Source of the DNA: Eledone cirrhosa | Lineage: Eukaryota | DNA: 64,000 nt | Direction of reading: 5' to 3' | NCBI GenBank assembly: GCA_964016885.1 | Contig: OZ024742.1 | Span: forward strand, 47,492,001 to 47,556,000 | Part shown: positions 29,931 through 50,041 of the stretch, in pieces | Position numbering within the stretch: position 1 is the stretch's first letter | How the letters are laid out: each line of letters starts with the position of its first letter | The notes under the pieces: model-generated | Told to the model about the DNA's origin: nothing | The model's input: only the letters and a program-made list of their open reading frames with translations | Databases searched by the model: none | Position numbers and translations under genes: made by a program

Positions 29931-32419
29931 ATTTCATACCATTAAAATTGAGGTTAAATATATTATCTAAAATGAATTCAATATGTATTAAAATAAAATA
30001 ATTATTCTTTTTATCATTTTGAGGATACTTACAAAGTTATGTGGCATTATTTCCAAAAATATTCAGGAGCCAACATCATTAGTGATTGATTCATAATTAC
30101 ATTTTAGATTAGTTTCAATTTAAGCGTATTTGGCCACGATATATTATTTCTTTAAATAACATTTCGAGACAAATTTCACACGTGTTCTCAGTATAATCAA
30201 TAAAAAAATAACTACTGTTAGCTACTCACATTTCTATGAATTGCGTTTCGGTATATAAGAGTATGCGAGAAGCAACGGTGCAAATTGCTTGCAGAAAATA
30301 AGGATATCAACAAAAAACAACAACGAAAATCAAATAAGAGTCCAAGACGGATTGTAAAAAAAGAAAACTTTGACATTAATGAGGCTGTTATATCTGCTGG
30401 TCAAATAGCCAATGTATCGTAGCTTACTGTGTTTCAAAAACAAAAAAAAAAAAAAAAAAGAATTAGGCAGTGTCCAATATGAAAGACGTAGTGATCAAGG
30501 CTGAAAGCATTTAATCGATGTTCGTTCGTTGAGGGCTACTTGGACTTAAAATAACGTTCAACAAAAAATATGAATTGTAATCACAGCTTTGCACAAACAG
30601 CTTAGAATAATATATTGCATCAAGACATTGAAAGTATACAACTTTATTTATTTTAACCACTCTTGGATATATTTTAAATATTGAATATTTATTATTCAAA
30701 CACCTATAATTTGCGTTAAACTGAAGGTGATCCTTATAAGTGTAATATAGTTTCCGTTGAACAGAATATATAGTATAAATTGTGCCTAAATCTTCACCCA
30801 CGTGTATTGGTGATAAGGTCCATTATACACTCTAGCAGATTTTGATACAATTAATTGCATCTACTACCAATATTTTCTTCACATAGAAAATGCATTTTCT
30901 CAGTTCGATCTCACATTAAAGAATTCATGTGGAATATTTCTTCACTCGTTTAAAATAGAATCTTCAACCTTCTAAGATAATGCTTCTGGCAGTTGGTCAC
31001 CTATTATTCGTTTGAACGAGGTTTCATCAAATTGAATAGATACAATTATAATCCTGATCATGTAGGATTATTATGAAAACTATTTATCTAACAAAATGTA
31101 TGTCACTCCTTACTATTCAATCGCCATTAGTTAATTGGTTCATTGTGCCGTAACATAACATGTATGTTATTGGAGCACAGGGAAATAATCCCAACTGTTA
31201 CTGTATGGTCAGTTTGTTGTTATTAAATCGTTGCATTTCTTATTATTTATCCCTACATTGTCCCAAATTACACACATTTTCTAAGGGTCATTTTTCTTGT
31301 CATACTACAATCCACACTACTCCATAAAACTTGCCATTTTTTATAATAAAAAAAACGATAATGTTTATTATGTTATTTCTAAACGCTTTTGAAAATTCTG
31401 CTTTGTTGGTTCGCATTCTAATGGTTGGTGATGTGTTTACATGGTTACACTTTCATCGATAATGCATAGGGGGACCTTCACTATCGACATTTGTCACTCT
31501 AACGCACAATACAACTCACAGAACACATAGCTGGCATGAGAAACATTACAACAATCAACACACCGAAGTCCATTAAAAATATAAAAACAATTGTAGCATA
31601 GAAAATGTGTCCATTAGATGTAAAACTTAATGACGGGCACATCACAGAAACGTTGTTCTTGTTTAACAGCACAAATAAACGAAACAATTTTCTCGTATCT
31701 TTCGAGAATGACTACCTCCTTCATAACTGCTACTGTCGATCATATTTTCAGAATTTTATATGTACAAATCTCTCAAAAACGTTTCCACAGCCCCGCTGTT
31801 TGAATTGTAAATTCAACACAATATCTATAACTCTACTTGAATATACGTGGATTTAAGTAATAACTCTGCTTGAATATACGTGGATTTAAGTAGTGATGCA
31901 AATACTGATACAAAACTCTAAAAAGCTTAGTTTCCAACAGGAATGTTATGACAAATAGTCATAGCGTAAAATATCAACGTAGACATATATAGGAAACTAG
32001 ATACATAGAAAGACAGATGGAAATAAAAAAATGAATCAAACGTAATGAGATTAAGAGATTGGTTTGGGGAAAATATCATATAAAACAGGAGGAAACGAGG
32101 AAAAATTGAAATTGTTGCAAAGTCATAAAAAATGTCTTGCAGAACTCTTTTTTAAAATATATTTTTTACAAAATTTCTAATGAAATTGACCTAAAAATAT
32201 CAGATAATTAGCTATTTAATAATTAATAGAAAATACAATTTGTCACTAACAACATGATTATGTTTGCTTGTTCGGTTGATATAATATATTGCAATTAGTA
32301 AGAGCAGACGAGATAAAACTAGTTTTCAGGAAATTAGAATTGAATCAAGAAACAAGAGACAAATGATTTGTCATCAACGTCGCGGTGTTCTTAGATAAGG
32401 AAAAGCCACATAGACATTG

Positions 32420-32538
<119 letters not shown>

Positions 32539-32555
32539 TACATATATACATATAT

Positions 32556-32661
<106 letters not shown>

Positions 32662-33012
32662 ATATATGTATATATGTATATATGTATATATGTATAAGAA
32701 GCTATGTCGAATTAATGTGTGGTGCCTCAAGCTAACAAGATGAGATTAAATAGTAGTTCGATAGTCGCTAATAATTTTAGATTTTATTATTGAATTACAT
32801 TATTTTAAAACTTGCCTCTAGTAAAGAATGCCATTTCAAAGATACATGCTTATTTATTTCAGTATAGAAATCTTTGAAAAAAACATTAACACAAAGTAGG
32901 TTTTAGTAAAAACGTGCTTTTATCAAAAGGTTGTATGTGTGTAATTCGAATGTAGAATTAAAAATACAAAACAAACTCCATCTAGAGAATGCACAGCTAC
33001 ATACTTCCAGAT

Positions 33013-33120
<108 letters not shown>

Positions 33121-33164
33121 GTATATATATAAATATATATATATACGTATTTATGTATATATAT

Positions 33165-33774
33165 ATGGTGGCTGCCAACTCGTTTTCGAGTACGGCCACT
33201 ACCTTATATCCATGTAGGAGAACCCCTACGGATGCGCTGAACGAGTGTGGTTTTTAGTCCAGCCAGCGACTTGAAAACGCTGGTACAAACACTACACTTG
33301 TGACAATTATTGACACATAGTGCTGGGCCCATGGTTCCATGTGACGACAAGTGCAGAGAGATCTCCAGATATAAAGCAATGCCTGTGCCGTGAAGCTTTT
33401 ATAGTGAGCAAAGGCACTGCACAAAGCCAGTCCCACTCTCTTAACCAAGATGATATTTACCAAAAAGAAGAACAACTCAACATCATTGGATACCATCAGG
33501 GTTGCAGGTGTTATATCAGAGTTTGCCTTCTCCTAGAATTCTGCCTTGACAAAGGCTAAGGGGTCATCTCTCCCAGTGATTTTGGATGGCCATTGACTCT
33601 TAAGAGCTCCTTTGCCCTTTGACAGGTTTTGTTTTTATTCCTGCAGGATGTCCAAAGTCACCCTCCCCACCAAGAAACCTTGGTGGGGTTGCCAGTTTAG
33701 TCGCCAACGACCCGACCATGAGACAGGTTGTACTGGGATACATGTTACCAGTAGCACCAACTGGTGACCTGACA
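33165..33774 (-). mobile_element. RTE-derived non-autonomous element, copy 6
   Basis: Reverse complement of 23406-24004. Confidence 0.7.
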
Positions 33775-34733
33775 TAGTATATATATATACAGACATACAT
33801 ACACATCATCATATACATACATATATACATACTCACAGAGCAAGAAACCAGAGCAAGAAACGCAACAATAGAGGAAGAGCATGGGTCACACATAAATTTC
33901 CAAATTAAAATTAAGTAGAATTAATGGAAAAGATGGAGAAGACACATAATAGTTTACAGACGATAGATAAGACACAGAATAGTATACAGACGAAAGGACA
34001 ATGGTAACATAAAGAGGATAAACTCTTTGTCGTCATTTCAGTTTCAACACCTACGTACACTACTCTTGTTATATTTTGTTTCACGGATTTTACAAAGATA
34101 GTTAAAATATACCTTGAATTGTTTTAATGGCTGAAGAGGAACAGTAATATATAGTACAGAACATTGACGTGACCTATATAGTAAAAACAAAAACAAATGA
34201 CATAATACATTGATACATATTAATATAGTTTCAGTTATTAGTAACTAGACCTTCTAGTTATTGATATTTTTATTACTGAATTAAGCTTCTATAATTGTTG
34301 TATTGGTTTTCTTATTATATTTTATAATTTTAATCTTATAGTTGTTGTTAGTACAATGAATAATTATTATTAAACATATCTATTTGTATACCTGTAGCAT
34401 TACTTTTGCATGTAGCATATGTGTATTAGTGTGTAATAGTCAAGCAAAATACTTTTTATGCACTGCACATTATATCTTTATTACTAATAAATGTTTAATT
34501 GCGTGTTTAGTCTTCCATAGTGTTTTAACGGATTCACAACTGTATTTTAAATTTGTTTCCTTATTCGGATTTGTGACATGCGGACATGTTTGATAAATAA
34601 TTGTTATTTCCTTATTTAATAGAATCTGAAAAAATCAATACAGCAGAAATATATTTTCTACTTTTAATGTTTGGAACGTTCGTAAATCAATTAAATAATC
34701 TACTGTAATTTAACCCGGGTGACTTTTATTCAT

Positions 34734-34767
<34 letters not shown>

Positions 34768-34835
34768 TACATATATACATACATACATTCATACATGTAT
34801 ATATATACATATATACATACATACATACATACATT

Positions 34836-34867
<32 letters not shown>

Positions 34868-34869
<2 letters not shown>

Positions 34870-35259
34870 AAAGTTAAACAAGGTTCAATGAATAAATCAA
34901 AGAATGAGTTTTACAATAGATTGGAAGCACTCAACGAAATTGGTTTTCCAGAGTTATAATATTAATTCAAAATATTAACAAAATATATATTCTTGTGATC
35001 AAGTATATTATATTATACATATTTCAGAAGTACTGAGTTAAATTCAGGATGATGCATGAAATACCCTGACATAGTAGATGGTTAAGATTGAGTCATGGTA
35101 GAATTACTGAATCTTAACCATCTACTATGTCAGGGTATGTCATGCATCATCTTATTTTATCTGATGAGGACGTACTGTTGAAGTTAACTCAGTACCTCTG
35201 AAATATGTATAATAAAATATACTTGATCACAAGAATATCTATTTTGTTAATATTTTGAA

Positions 35260-35266
<7 letters not shown>
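34868..35266. mobile_element. Fold-back element with hammerhead (arms ~34959-35090 / 35110-35266)
   Basis: CTGATGA 35161-35167, GTACTG...CAGTAC stem II, GAAA 35200, TATGTA; tail with GCACTCAAC on the left; (TA)n flanks. Confidence 0.7.
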
Positions 35267-35315
<49 letters not shown>

Positions 35316-35320
<5 letters not shown>

Positions 35321-35680
35321 ACTATATAAATGGCAATTCCTGTCTGTCTGTGTATCTGTGTATAACCAGTTGGCGCCTACACCAGTGATCGAATCCTGAT
35401 AAAACTTTACACACTTCTTAAGCTAATATTCAGAAACAGGCCTGGCTAATAATGGAATCCCTATGGACATCTTTACAATGGAGGAGGAAAGAGAAGACGT
35501 TTGAGTGAGAGAGGGGGGGGAGGAGATACTACTACTGTATATTAAACTATCCCTCCCACTACTGCCCTACCCACAGCTCAGTCCCTCAAAACGAGACAAC
35601 AACTTATTAGGAATATACATAAAGAAATTTCAAGCGAAGCAGACGACAATCTGATTTTGGTTGAAGACTGAAAAGATGTC

Positions 35681-35726
<46 letters not shown>

Positions 35727-36556
35727 ATCCACTGATATGTATTCTGAATACGTGCACACGCTTATGTCATATTAAGGTCAACTGCAGGAATCGGTGATAA
35801 GTTACAAACAAGTGTGATGATCAATGAGCTGGAAGTTGGATTACCTTGCGATTAGTCGGAAGAATAAAACCCAAATCGTATGTTGACAAATATTCGTACT
35901 TCCGGCATGTTAATTGTAACATACCGTCTTTGAGAGTAGAGTTTATTTTGTCACTATTTCGAGGTGTCGGATCGTGGGGAAGATCAACACGAATTAAGAA
36001 GATGTAACCTATATCCCAATATTGACACTTTGCAACTGTGAAGGTTACAAGGCCCTATTTAGGGTCAACACTTCTAATTGATTATCCGACTCATTATGGT
36101 GTGTTTTCTCGTGTTATGTCTACTACAGGGGTAAAACGGGGTGGTCTTATTGAATTGATTCAGGGTGCTTAAACAGTAGCTGAATATGTTCACTCGGTTA
36201 TAATTTCCTCAATAATTGCGAGGACTTCCTCAATTGCTTTGTGTTTGTTCTTGAGCGCTAAGACAGTAAGTTTTCTTTTATTAAACATAAGTTTGTTGAA
36301 TAAGTTCGATACTATTCGCGCTCAAACTTCCCGGCTTATTGACTCTGAATGAAGAAAGGTGGATGGAAGTCGGACTTATGACTTAAACACCTATTGATAG
36401 TTCCGTACAAAAAATTGTTCTGGCATAAACATCCCTAACAAAGGCTGCTATTGAAATTCCAGTATGGGTACCCAGTGTCACTAGCATTTTCAGGCCCACT
36501 CAGGGAACTGCGAATAACCCCACCTTTCCCGGGTAATACCGGGTAGTGCAGGTGGA
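35316..36556 (+). mobile_element. Non-autonomous Helitron
   Basis: 5' TCTCTACTATATAAA...CTGTCTGTCTGTG and 3' CCCGG-gtaata-CCGGG hairpin followed by a degenerate CTAG-like end. Confidence 0.6.
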
Positions 36557-36579
36557 ATATGATATGTATATATATATAT

Positions 36580-37127
36580 AATTAGGATTGGTGCTCTGAA
36601 ATAGCGATGTAGACATGAATATATGTATCGTATATTTGGCAATATACCGTATGTTTAATTCAAAACATTTTGAAGACCTTGCGCTATCATTTTAAAGTAC
36701 TGACTATGTCACTTAATTCTTTTTTTTGGCAAAGAAGGGAGAGAAGCTGACAGATTCTGTTGGTGTTCCTACGGCATATTGCCAAATATTCTATACATAA
36801 ATTCAGGTATACATTGCTATTACAGACACCAATCCTAATTTTCAATTTTTGCTGGACCGGCAAACGCTCTGTATAGTCAGTCCCTGATTGTTACTGGAAT
36901 TCTATAAGAATCACGCCTCTATAATTTTCGGCAAGGCAGGGACTACGTTGCTCTGATGAACACCAACAGTGTGAAACAGAATCTGTCAGCTTCTCTCCCT
37001 TCTTTGCCGAAAAAAGAAGTAAGTGACATAGTCAGTACTTTAAAGTGATAGCGCAGGGTCTTCAAAATGTCTTTAATTAAACATACGGTATATTGCCAAA
37101 TATTCTATACATACGCTCATAAACGCT

Positions 37128-37128
<1 letters not shown>
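36580..37128. mobile_element. Complex fold-back element with canonical hammerhead
   Basis: 36633-36768 is the inverse of 36960-37105; 36580-36650 is also the inverse of 36770-36840; (TA)n flanks. Confidence 0.75.
36950..36990 (+). ncRNA. Type I hammerhead ribozyme
   Basis: GCT-CTGATGA-ACAC caaca GTGT-GAAA-CAGAATCTG-TC-AGC; predicted cleavage after C36987. Confidence 0.8.
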
Positions 37129-37214
<86 letters not shown>

Positions 37215-37395
37215 GTGTGTGTGTGTGTGTGTGTATCCGTCAATACACGGATATATATATATAGTTGTTTCAACATCAGAAAGATAAACCTTTATTTAAT
37301 TTGTAATATTTATAACCTTTTAACATTTATAACGTTGATAATTATTTAAGAAATGACATTGCTAATAATAAAGTTAATCAAACAAGATTAAAGGA

Positions 37396-37431
<36 letters not shown>

Positions 37432-37464
37432 AATGTATATATATATGTATATACGTGAAGAGGT

Positions 37465-37498
<34 letters not shown>

Positions 37499-37510
37499 TA
37501 GAGAGAGAGA

Positions 37511-37584
<74 letters not shown>

Positions 37585-37821
37585 TTAGGTAGATCCCGTC
37601 AGCGCCGCCAAGCGGTTTCGGCTCGTTTGAACACTGCACACTTTCTCTTTTTATTCTCTCTTTCTCTCACTATCACTATATATATATATATAGATATATA
37701 TAAGTTGAAAAAAATGAAAACGAAAAACGAAATTTCATTTCTCACTCTTAGTATGGCACTTACTTAAATGTAAGTATGTATGTATACGTACATACATATA
37801 TGTATACAGACGTACAGTAGC

Positions 37822-37902
<81 letters not shown>

Positions 37903-38030
37903 CATGCACGTTGCCTTAACACCGTATGTCATAAATTCAGGCTGTTCAGTTTGTTGACAAACGAACAAAGCAGCGCTATAATAAGCGCCTGCTAAACTGA
38001 TGCGTGCATATATGTATGTGTACCTGCATG

Positions 38031-38073
<43 letters not shown>

Positions 38074-38128
38074 GCTACTGTACGTCTGTATACATATATG
38101 TATGTACGTATACATACATACTTACATT

Positions 38129-38167
<39 letters not shown>

Positions 38168-38222
38168 GCTACTGTACGTCTGTATACATATATGTATGTA
38201 CGTATACATACATACTTACATT

Positions 38223-42550
<4,328 letters not shown>

Positions 42551-42980
42551 CGTTGGGACACGTAAATAAAGGGGACGCTAGGGTAAACAGACAAAATGGT
42601 TTAAGCAGCAGAAAGTGATACCTTTCACTCACTCACTCTTTGTCACTACCTCTCCTCCTCCTCTTTCTTCCCGTTTGATCTGTCCGTAATCCTTTTCTCG
42701 CGGGTACTTGCCCAAGCCGGTATGAATTTTTTTTCTCTCTCTCTCGTCTGCGACTTCACAGAACTTATGTTTACCGAATTGGCAGACCAGACCCCTTCTT
42801 CCTCCCGTTAGACCTGTGCGAAATTCCTTCCTTGCTCACATTTCAACCAGGTTTGATGGTCGTTATTCTCTAGTTCACGATTCCACCGAATTTATATTCA
42901 TAGAAATCTGGGACTTGTTTCTTCTTCATCACTTTCTGCTGCTTAAACCATTTTCTCTGTTTACCCTAGCGTCCCCTAGC
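42551..42980. repeat. Inverted-repeat fragment related to 11630-12620, fused to the truncated upstream pLTR
   Basis: 42570-42620 is the inverse of 42927-42978; TTGGGACACGTAAAT and CCGTTTGATCTGT match the 11.7-12.6 kb element. Confidence 0.55.
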
Positions 42981-42992
42981 AGCTCCATTATT

Positions 42993-43031
<39 letters not shown>

Positions 43032-44037
43032 ACACCAGGCTGGACTGGTGTAAATCCTTGAAATGTTTATTATACTATGATCATTATACTATGATCAATG
43101 AGCGGGTTCCATATTAATCCGGTGATATCATCAGGTATTCGAAATATAACAAAGGAATATGTAAAAAACCATGGGTCCGAAAAATCAGAGACAGAGAGGA
43201 CGACTGACCAACTAGCCGCCTTCATCTCGGCCAATCGCCCTCAAAGTGATGGCAACTAAGTCTACTAATGACCATCTGATGAGGGGGCGAAGGCTTTTAA
43301 TGCACTACCACCTCTTCGTCAAAAAAGGGGAAGAAAGAAAGGAAGAAAGAAGAAAAAAAGAAAGAAGTCAGCGTAAGGGTCACACTACAGTCATGCTAGA
43401 AAACGCCGCGAAAAATGTTATTCCAAAGAATCTAAATTTTAACAAAGGCATATGTAATGGGTGTCTGTATGGTCTAATGTGTGAACAGAACATTGCAACG
43501 TTAAACTTATGTTACGAGTTATAGGATGAAATTAAATTAAAAAATAATAAATTGATAAATGATAAATTGAAAAATAAATTGAAAAAATTTAAAAATTATT
43601 AGAAAATTAAAGGTTAAGGTAGCGAGATTTATTTAATGAACTTACAGAGAGAGTCTTACATGAAAAAGTTAATCTCGATAAGATATCAGGATGGGATATA
43701 GAGTAAAGATTAACGCCTTCGATTGTGAATCCCAGCCAGCATCTCCTAACCACGTGTCAGTCAGTTTCGAGTGGTATCGTCCAGCGAAAGAAATGGAAAT
43801 TAATTTGTCCGAGTACTACGTAGCTACCTTAGGAACGTAGCTACCTTAGGCCACGGGTGAGCTAGCGGGAATTCTACAATTTCGACAGGCCATCGTCTAT
43901 ATCAAACGAATACTATTAATTCACACATGAGGCGTTTATTTATGAGGGGTTTATTTACATGCCAGTAGAGGCATGATACAGCTAACAGTTATGCCTAAGC
44001 CTGGAGTTTATAGGTATAAGTATAATATGGCGGTCAA

Positions 44038-44072
<35 letters not shown>

Positions 44073-45069
44073 GTGCACATATGCATATAGATACAAATAT
44101 ATCAATGAAAGACACATGAGCTTTTAGGCATTATGTATCTGTACATGCGTGGATATTGCATGTGGGAATATATATTTCATATATTTCATATAATATGTAT
44201 GCATGTGCATATGTATTCGAATATATATGTATGTGTAATTGTATATCTATAAGCATGAAAGTTTGCTATCAAATTTCATTGTCCCTTGAATTCTCTGAAG
44301 TCGAAACTTTCATCCTACATTTGGAATCTATTATAACTTCATGACTTTCCTTGTGTATGCCCGACTATGCGGATTCTGTAATCGAGAAATCAATATAAAA
44401 TCCACATATTTCATTACTCTCAATTTTTACATGACGAGTCATGAGACTAAAAATCGAAAACACAGCAACAACAACGGCTCAATTTACATCTTTAAGGCCA
44501 ACATCAATGCCTTATCCAGCTCAAAGGCACCTCCACTACCAAATCTCTCCATGTATCCAACAATAACACACCCCCTTTTACCTTTTCCTCCATCACCACA
44601 ATAATAATGCTACCACAACCAAAACCATAGGCACAAAAATAATGATAAATAACACAGGCACAATCACTATTTTTGTCATTATGACAACTACTACATCATC
44701 AGCACAAATATAACCATAACCACCGTCATCAAGGGTAACGCTACTAACAGGACTACTACCATCATCACTACCACCAATACTACCATCATCAGATATGTCA
44801 CTACTATCACCATTACTGCCACAGTTTCAAACATCCTGATAAAGAAACAGACAGATACATAAAGAAACCAAGGACTTATATACTTATATATATATATAGA
44901 GAGAGAGATAGATAGATAGATAGATATACAGCATACAGAATGTATTACTACTGGGTACTGCACACATATTAGGCACACATAACTCTGCTTGTTAATGCAG
45001 TGATAACACACTACAACCACCACAACAACAACTACAACACTGAGGTCGACAACAGCAACATCATATCAA

Positions 45070-45481
45070 TAATAATTGTTTCTACTTTTGGCACAAGGCG
45101 AGCAATTAACCACTGAATTACTGGTACTTTATTTTATCGACCCTGTAAGGATGAAAGACAAAGTTAACCTCGGCGGGATTTGAACGCAGGCCGTAAAGGG
45201 ACGTAACTATGTTGGAAAACATGGCGTCCGACTCTCTACCGATACTGCCAATCCACCGCCTTAATCAAATCAAAAATAATAATAATAATAATAATTGTTT
45301 CTACTTTAGGCACAAGGCCAGCAATTACCCAGTGCATTACTGGTACTTTATTTTATCGACCCCGTAAGGATGAAAGGCAAAGTCAACCTCGGCGGGATTT
45401 GAACTCAGATCGTAAAGGGAAGTAACTATGCTGGAAAGCATGGCGTCCGACCCTCTACCGATACTGCCAATCCACTGCCCA
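45070..45481 (-). mobile_element. Two tandem tRNA-derived SINE copies in (AAT)n
   Basis: Family sequence in reverse at 45070-45263 and 45292-45481. Confidence 0.8.
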
Positions 45482-45498
45482 ATAATAATAATAATAAT

Positions 45499-46330
45499 GC
45501 TTTCTTTATTAACCACAAGGATTGACATAAAGTATAACATAAAGGACAGCACAGGACGGTACAAATGGCCATTTCTGTGTGTAAAGAAAAACAAATAACA
45601 AAGGAAATAACAAAAAAGGAAACGAAGGAAAATTCCCCTATAGGAGGTAGACTTCTCAGAGTCACACGTGGAGAAAGCCTATTAAAAAAGCCAAGGTGAC
45701 CCTGACCACCAGGACAAGAGCCCTCTCCAATATTTCAATATCCAATCTTCAGGCGCATACTCAGAGCAGGCCCATTCAATCAGGCCATGCTTGCCTCTCT
45801 CATCCATCTTACAACAAATTGCTGGGAAGAGAGCATTTCCCTCTCCACTCAGGTCCTCGCCGAGGAGGTAAGTGCTCGTCTTCAGCCCTTTCAAACGCGT
45901 CCACCATACAGCCTCTTTCGTCATGGCCAGCAGGCAGATAAAACCTACCTGCCCGTCCTGGCTAAAGGAAGGCGGCAGGGCAATCGTCCCGATGGGCCCA
46001 ACTGATAGTCAGATCCGTCCTACACGCAAAAGCAGGTGTTTGACATATACCCACAAATCGGCAATGCGTACAGGACGGTAAGTCCTGCCGAAGAGATTGG
46101 CTAGTTGATTTTCGTCGACGCGCAGAGTCTCCCCAAGGCCGTCGTCGCTCTTTCCTTCCACTAAACTTCTATCGAACGCCAAGGTGGAGTTTCCACCGAT
46201 CGCATCGCCCAATTGTTGATAACTTGAGCGCCTGAAGACATTCCAATCTCCAATCGTTCCCTCTCGGACTTCGCTTGACTCAGGACTGCAGCTACGTCGC
46301 TTTGGTTACTGAGGCTCGCCTATCGGTCGC
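45499..46330 (-). mobile_element. Tx1/L1-clade LINE 3' fragment
   Basis: KEAVWWTRLKGL and QLANLFGRT are homologous to the C-terminus of the 57888 ORF; 3' end GTGGTTAATAAAGAAA + (TTA)n. Confidence 0.8.
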
Positions 46331-46466
46331 TGTCTTCAATTTGCAAAGCTGTCTAACGTAATATTATAGCTCTAAGGTAATATAGCTTATTGAGTACTTA
46401 GCTGTACACCCCGATTGCATTAGTTAGCTTAGCTGCTGCCAGAGCTTCGTTTATGTTGTACTAAAT

Positions 46467-46500
<34 letters not shown>

Positions 46501-46523
46501 CAGTATATAGATATATATATATA

Positions 46524-47247
<724 letters not shown>

Positions 47248-48445
47248 TCTCCAGGTGCCGAACCACAGGCCCACGGACTTTTCCTGGTTGATCATTTCTC
47301 TTGTCAGCGCCTCGTATTTTCTTGGTGTCGTTCCGATCGCCTCGATGTGTTTGGAACACTACACCACTCCGGTGACGTCGTTGGCTTATGCTGACACGGT
47401 TCTCCTGCATCCCTGTTCGCGCGAGACGCCGCTCAACGTCTCCAGCTTTTTCAGTAATGGTTTGAGAGTCAAGACGTACAACAGGTACAAGAGGGGTCAT
47501 CCTTTGCGGACTGAGCGCATGATGTTGAACGGTTCCAATGGTGACCATTCACTCTCACTACAGAGCAGATGTCGCTGTGCATGGCAGCGATCCAGACTCT
47601 GAAGGCGGACCCAGTCGGCTGCCCTCAGAACCGCCGGCAGACAGGGAAGGTCCACCCTATCGAAAGTTTTCGACTGTTCTAAATTGATCAAGGGTCCTCC
47701 CGTCCCAGGTTCGTTAGCTACCCTCTTCACGATGTATCGCATGAGGTGGAGATTGTCGTTGATGGATCTTCCTGGAAGGGCGCATGTCTGTGCCTCTCCC
47801 GCCAGATCACCTACGAAAAGCGCCAACCGCTTGCTGGCACCTCGGCCAAAATCTTGAACTCTGCGTTCAGCAGAGTTATGGGTCTGAACTTATCTACCTT
47901 GTTCCCCTTGTTCGGGTCGTTTTTCAGTAGCGCTTCCGCTCCTTGACTCACAGAGCTGGCACTTCTCCAGTTCTGCTGCCAATTGCAGTAGACCTCTGCA
48001 AAGAGGTCTGGCATGTGCACGTAAAGCTCGTAGGGCAGACCATCTAAACAAGGTAATTTACCCATCGTGCAGTCAATCATTCGTACCCGTATTTCAGCGG
48101 CTGTTATCAGCTTTTCGCCACATACAACTCAGTGGGTGAAAGCCACAGTAGTCCGTAGGCGCTAAAGTCCATCCTGTGATCCGACCCACCGCTTTCCCCG
48201 AACAACTGAGTGAAGTGCTGCTGAAATGCCGCACACATTTGCTTGGGTGTGAGTAACACGCACCGGCCGTGGTCCTCCAAACCGGATCGTGGCTTTGTTG
48301 CCATTACCTGCCTCCGCCACACGGGGCCATCGAACGGCTTTGTTCCCCTTGTTTTCGAGAGCACGCGCCCTAGCTCTTACAACGCAGCCTTCCTGTTTTT
48401 GTGTTGAAGAATTGGCCGAGAGCCAATTTCGCCGGAAGCCGTTGT
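47248..48445 (-). pseudogene. Tx1/L1-clade ORF2 RT fragment, frameshifted
   Basis: DGLPYELY, FRPITLLN, QSKTFDRV, YAND; homologous to the 57888 ORF. Confidence 0.85.
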
Positions 48446-48449
48446 CAGG

Positions 48450-49763
48450 AGGTTCCTGTCATTTAGTATGAAGACAAGGAAAACGACACCCCTTTTGAAT
48501 AGTGAAAAGGAATCACTGGAAGCTGGAGAAGTTAATATTTATTGTGGAATTTTTCAGGGTGACTCTTTATCACCGCTTTTATTCCGCATCGCACTTATAC
48601 CATTAAGTAAAATGCTCAATGAAACAAAACATGGATATAAAGTCTATGACAAAACCAGTAATCACTTGTTCTACATGGTTGACCTGAAACTATTTGCAAA
48701 AAATGATGAACAATTTCAAGGGCTATTATCCACTGTGAAGCAGTTCAGTGATGACATTAAAATGGAGTTTGGACTAGAAAATGCGCCAAAGAAACGTTCA
48801 CCAGAGGAAAGCTGCTGAAAAGTTCAGACATTAATCTTGATCGGGGGAATGTGATAAGAGAATTTGATCAAGAGGAAACTTACAAGTATCTAGGTGTTTG
48901 TGAAGGAGACGGAATCAAGCACTCGACAATGAGGGAAAGGATAAGGAAGGAATGTTACCGCAGAGTAGGAGCAATCTTAAGAACGGAATTGAATGCAAGG
49001 AATAGGATCGATGCCATAAACACGCTTGCCATACCAGTAGTAACCTACAGTTACAATGTCATCAACTGGTCAAGCACAGAGATCTGTAGGCTCGATACAA
49101 AAATTAGAAAATTCTTACCAATGCACAGAATGCATCACCCTGAGGCAGATACAGATAGAATATATCTCCCTAGGAAAGAGGGAGGACGTGGGTTAATCTA
49201 GTTAGATATTGCGTTGAAAACTGCAACAATTGGAGTATCTACATATCTAAGGGAATCCCATGATTGGATGATCAAACTCGTTTTGAAACACGAAAGCATC
49301 AAAAGATCATGCCACATTACAAAAGATGCACAAAGATACAGTAATGGACTACAAATTTCAGAAGTCCCATTTACTGCTGAAATAGAAAAAGCAAAACAGG
49401 TAAAAGCAACTACAAAGAAAGAACTGCTAGAGAAACTGGCTAAGAATTGGCAAGAAAAGCCTCTGTATGGAAAATACCCAGAAAGAGCTAACAATCCTGA
49501 TGTTGAAAAATCTTTAACCCATCAGAGTCGCAAATCCCAGGAAACCGGCGTATAGGAGAAATACAAAAGATAGTACTAATGGGAACTGCCCATATACTAA
49601 GGAAGATTATGTCAATATAAGTTAATCACAAGTCTAAACACCTAAAGATGCATATGTGTGTATGTATGTTCTTTCTTGAACATGGCGGACCTTGTTGTCT
49701 CTTGGGGTCACTGGTTGTGACTTGGTGATAACTCGTATGAACATAAAGCAAGATAAATGCAAC

Positions 49764-49799
<36 letters not shown>

Positions 49800-50041
49800 T
49801 ACTTATCGCAAATCCCAGGAAACCCGCGTATAGGAGAAATACAAAAGATAGTACTAATGGGAACTGCCCATATACTAAGGAAGATTCTGTCAATATAAGT
49901 ACATCACAAGTCTAAGCACTAAAGATGCATGTGTGAGTATGTATGTTCTTTCATGAACATGGCGGACCGTGTTGTCTCTTGAGGTCACTGGTTGTGACTT
50001 GGTGATAACTCGTATGAACATAAAGCAAGATAAATGCAACT

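Noticed and set aside
30140-32300. Possible host exon(s) or decayed gene in a repeat-poor stretch
   Set aside because: All frames I read are interrupted by stops and show no recognisable motif; a blastx search would be needed
43040-44040. Possible PLE remnant with CTGATGA matches, flanked by (TA)n
   Set aside because: No complete hammerhead or convincing protein homology by eye
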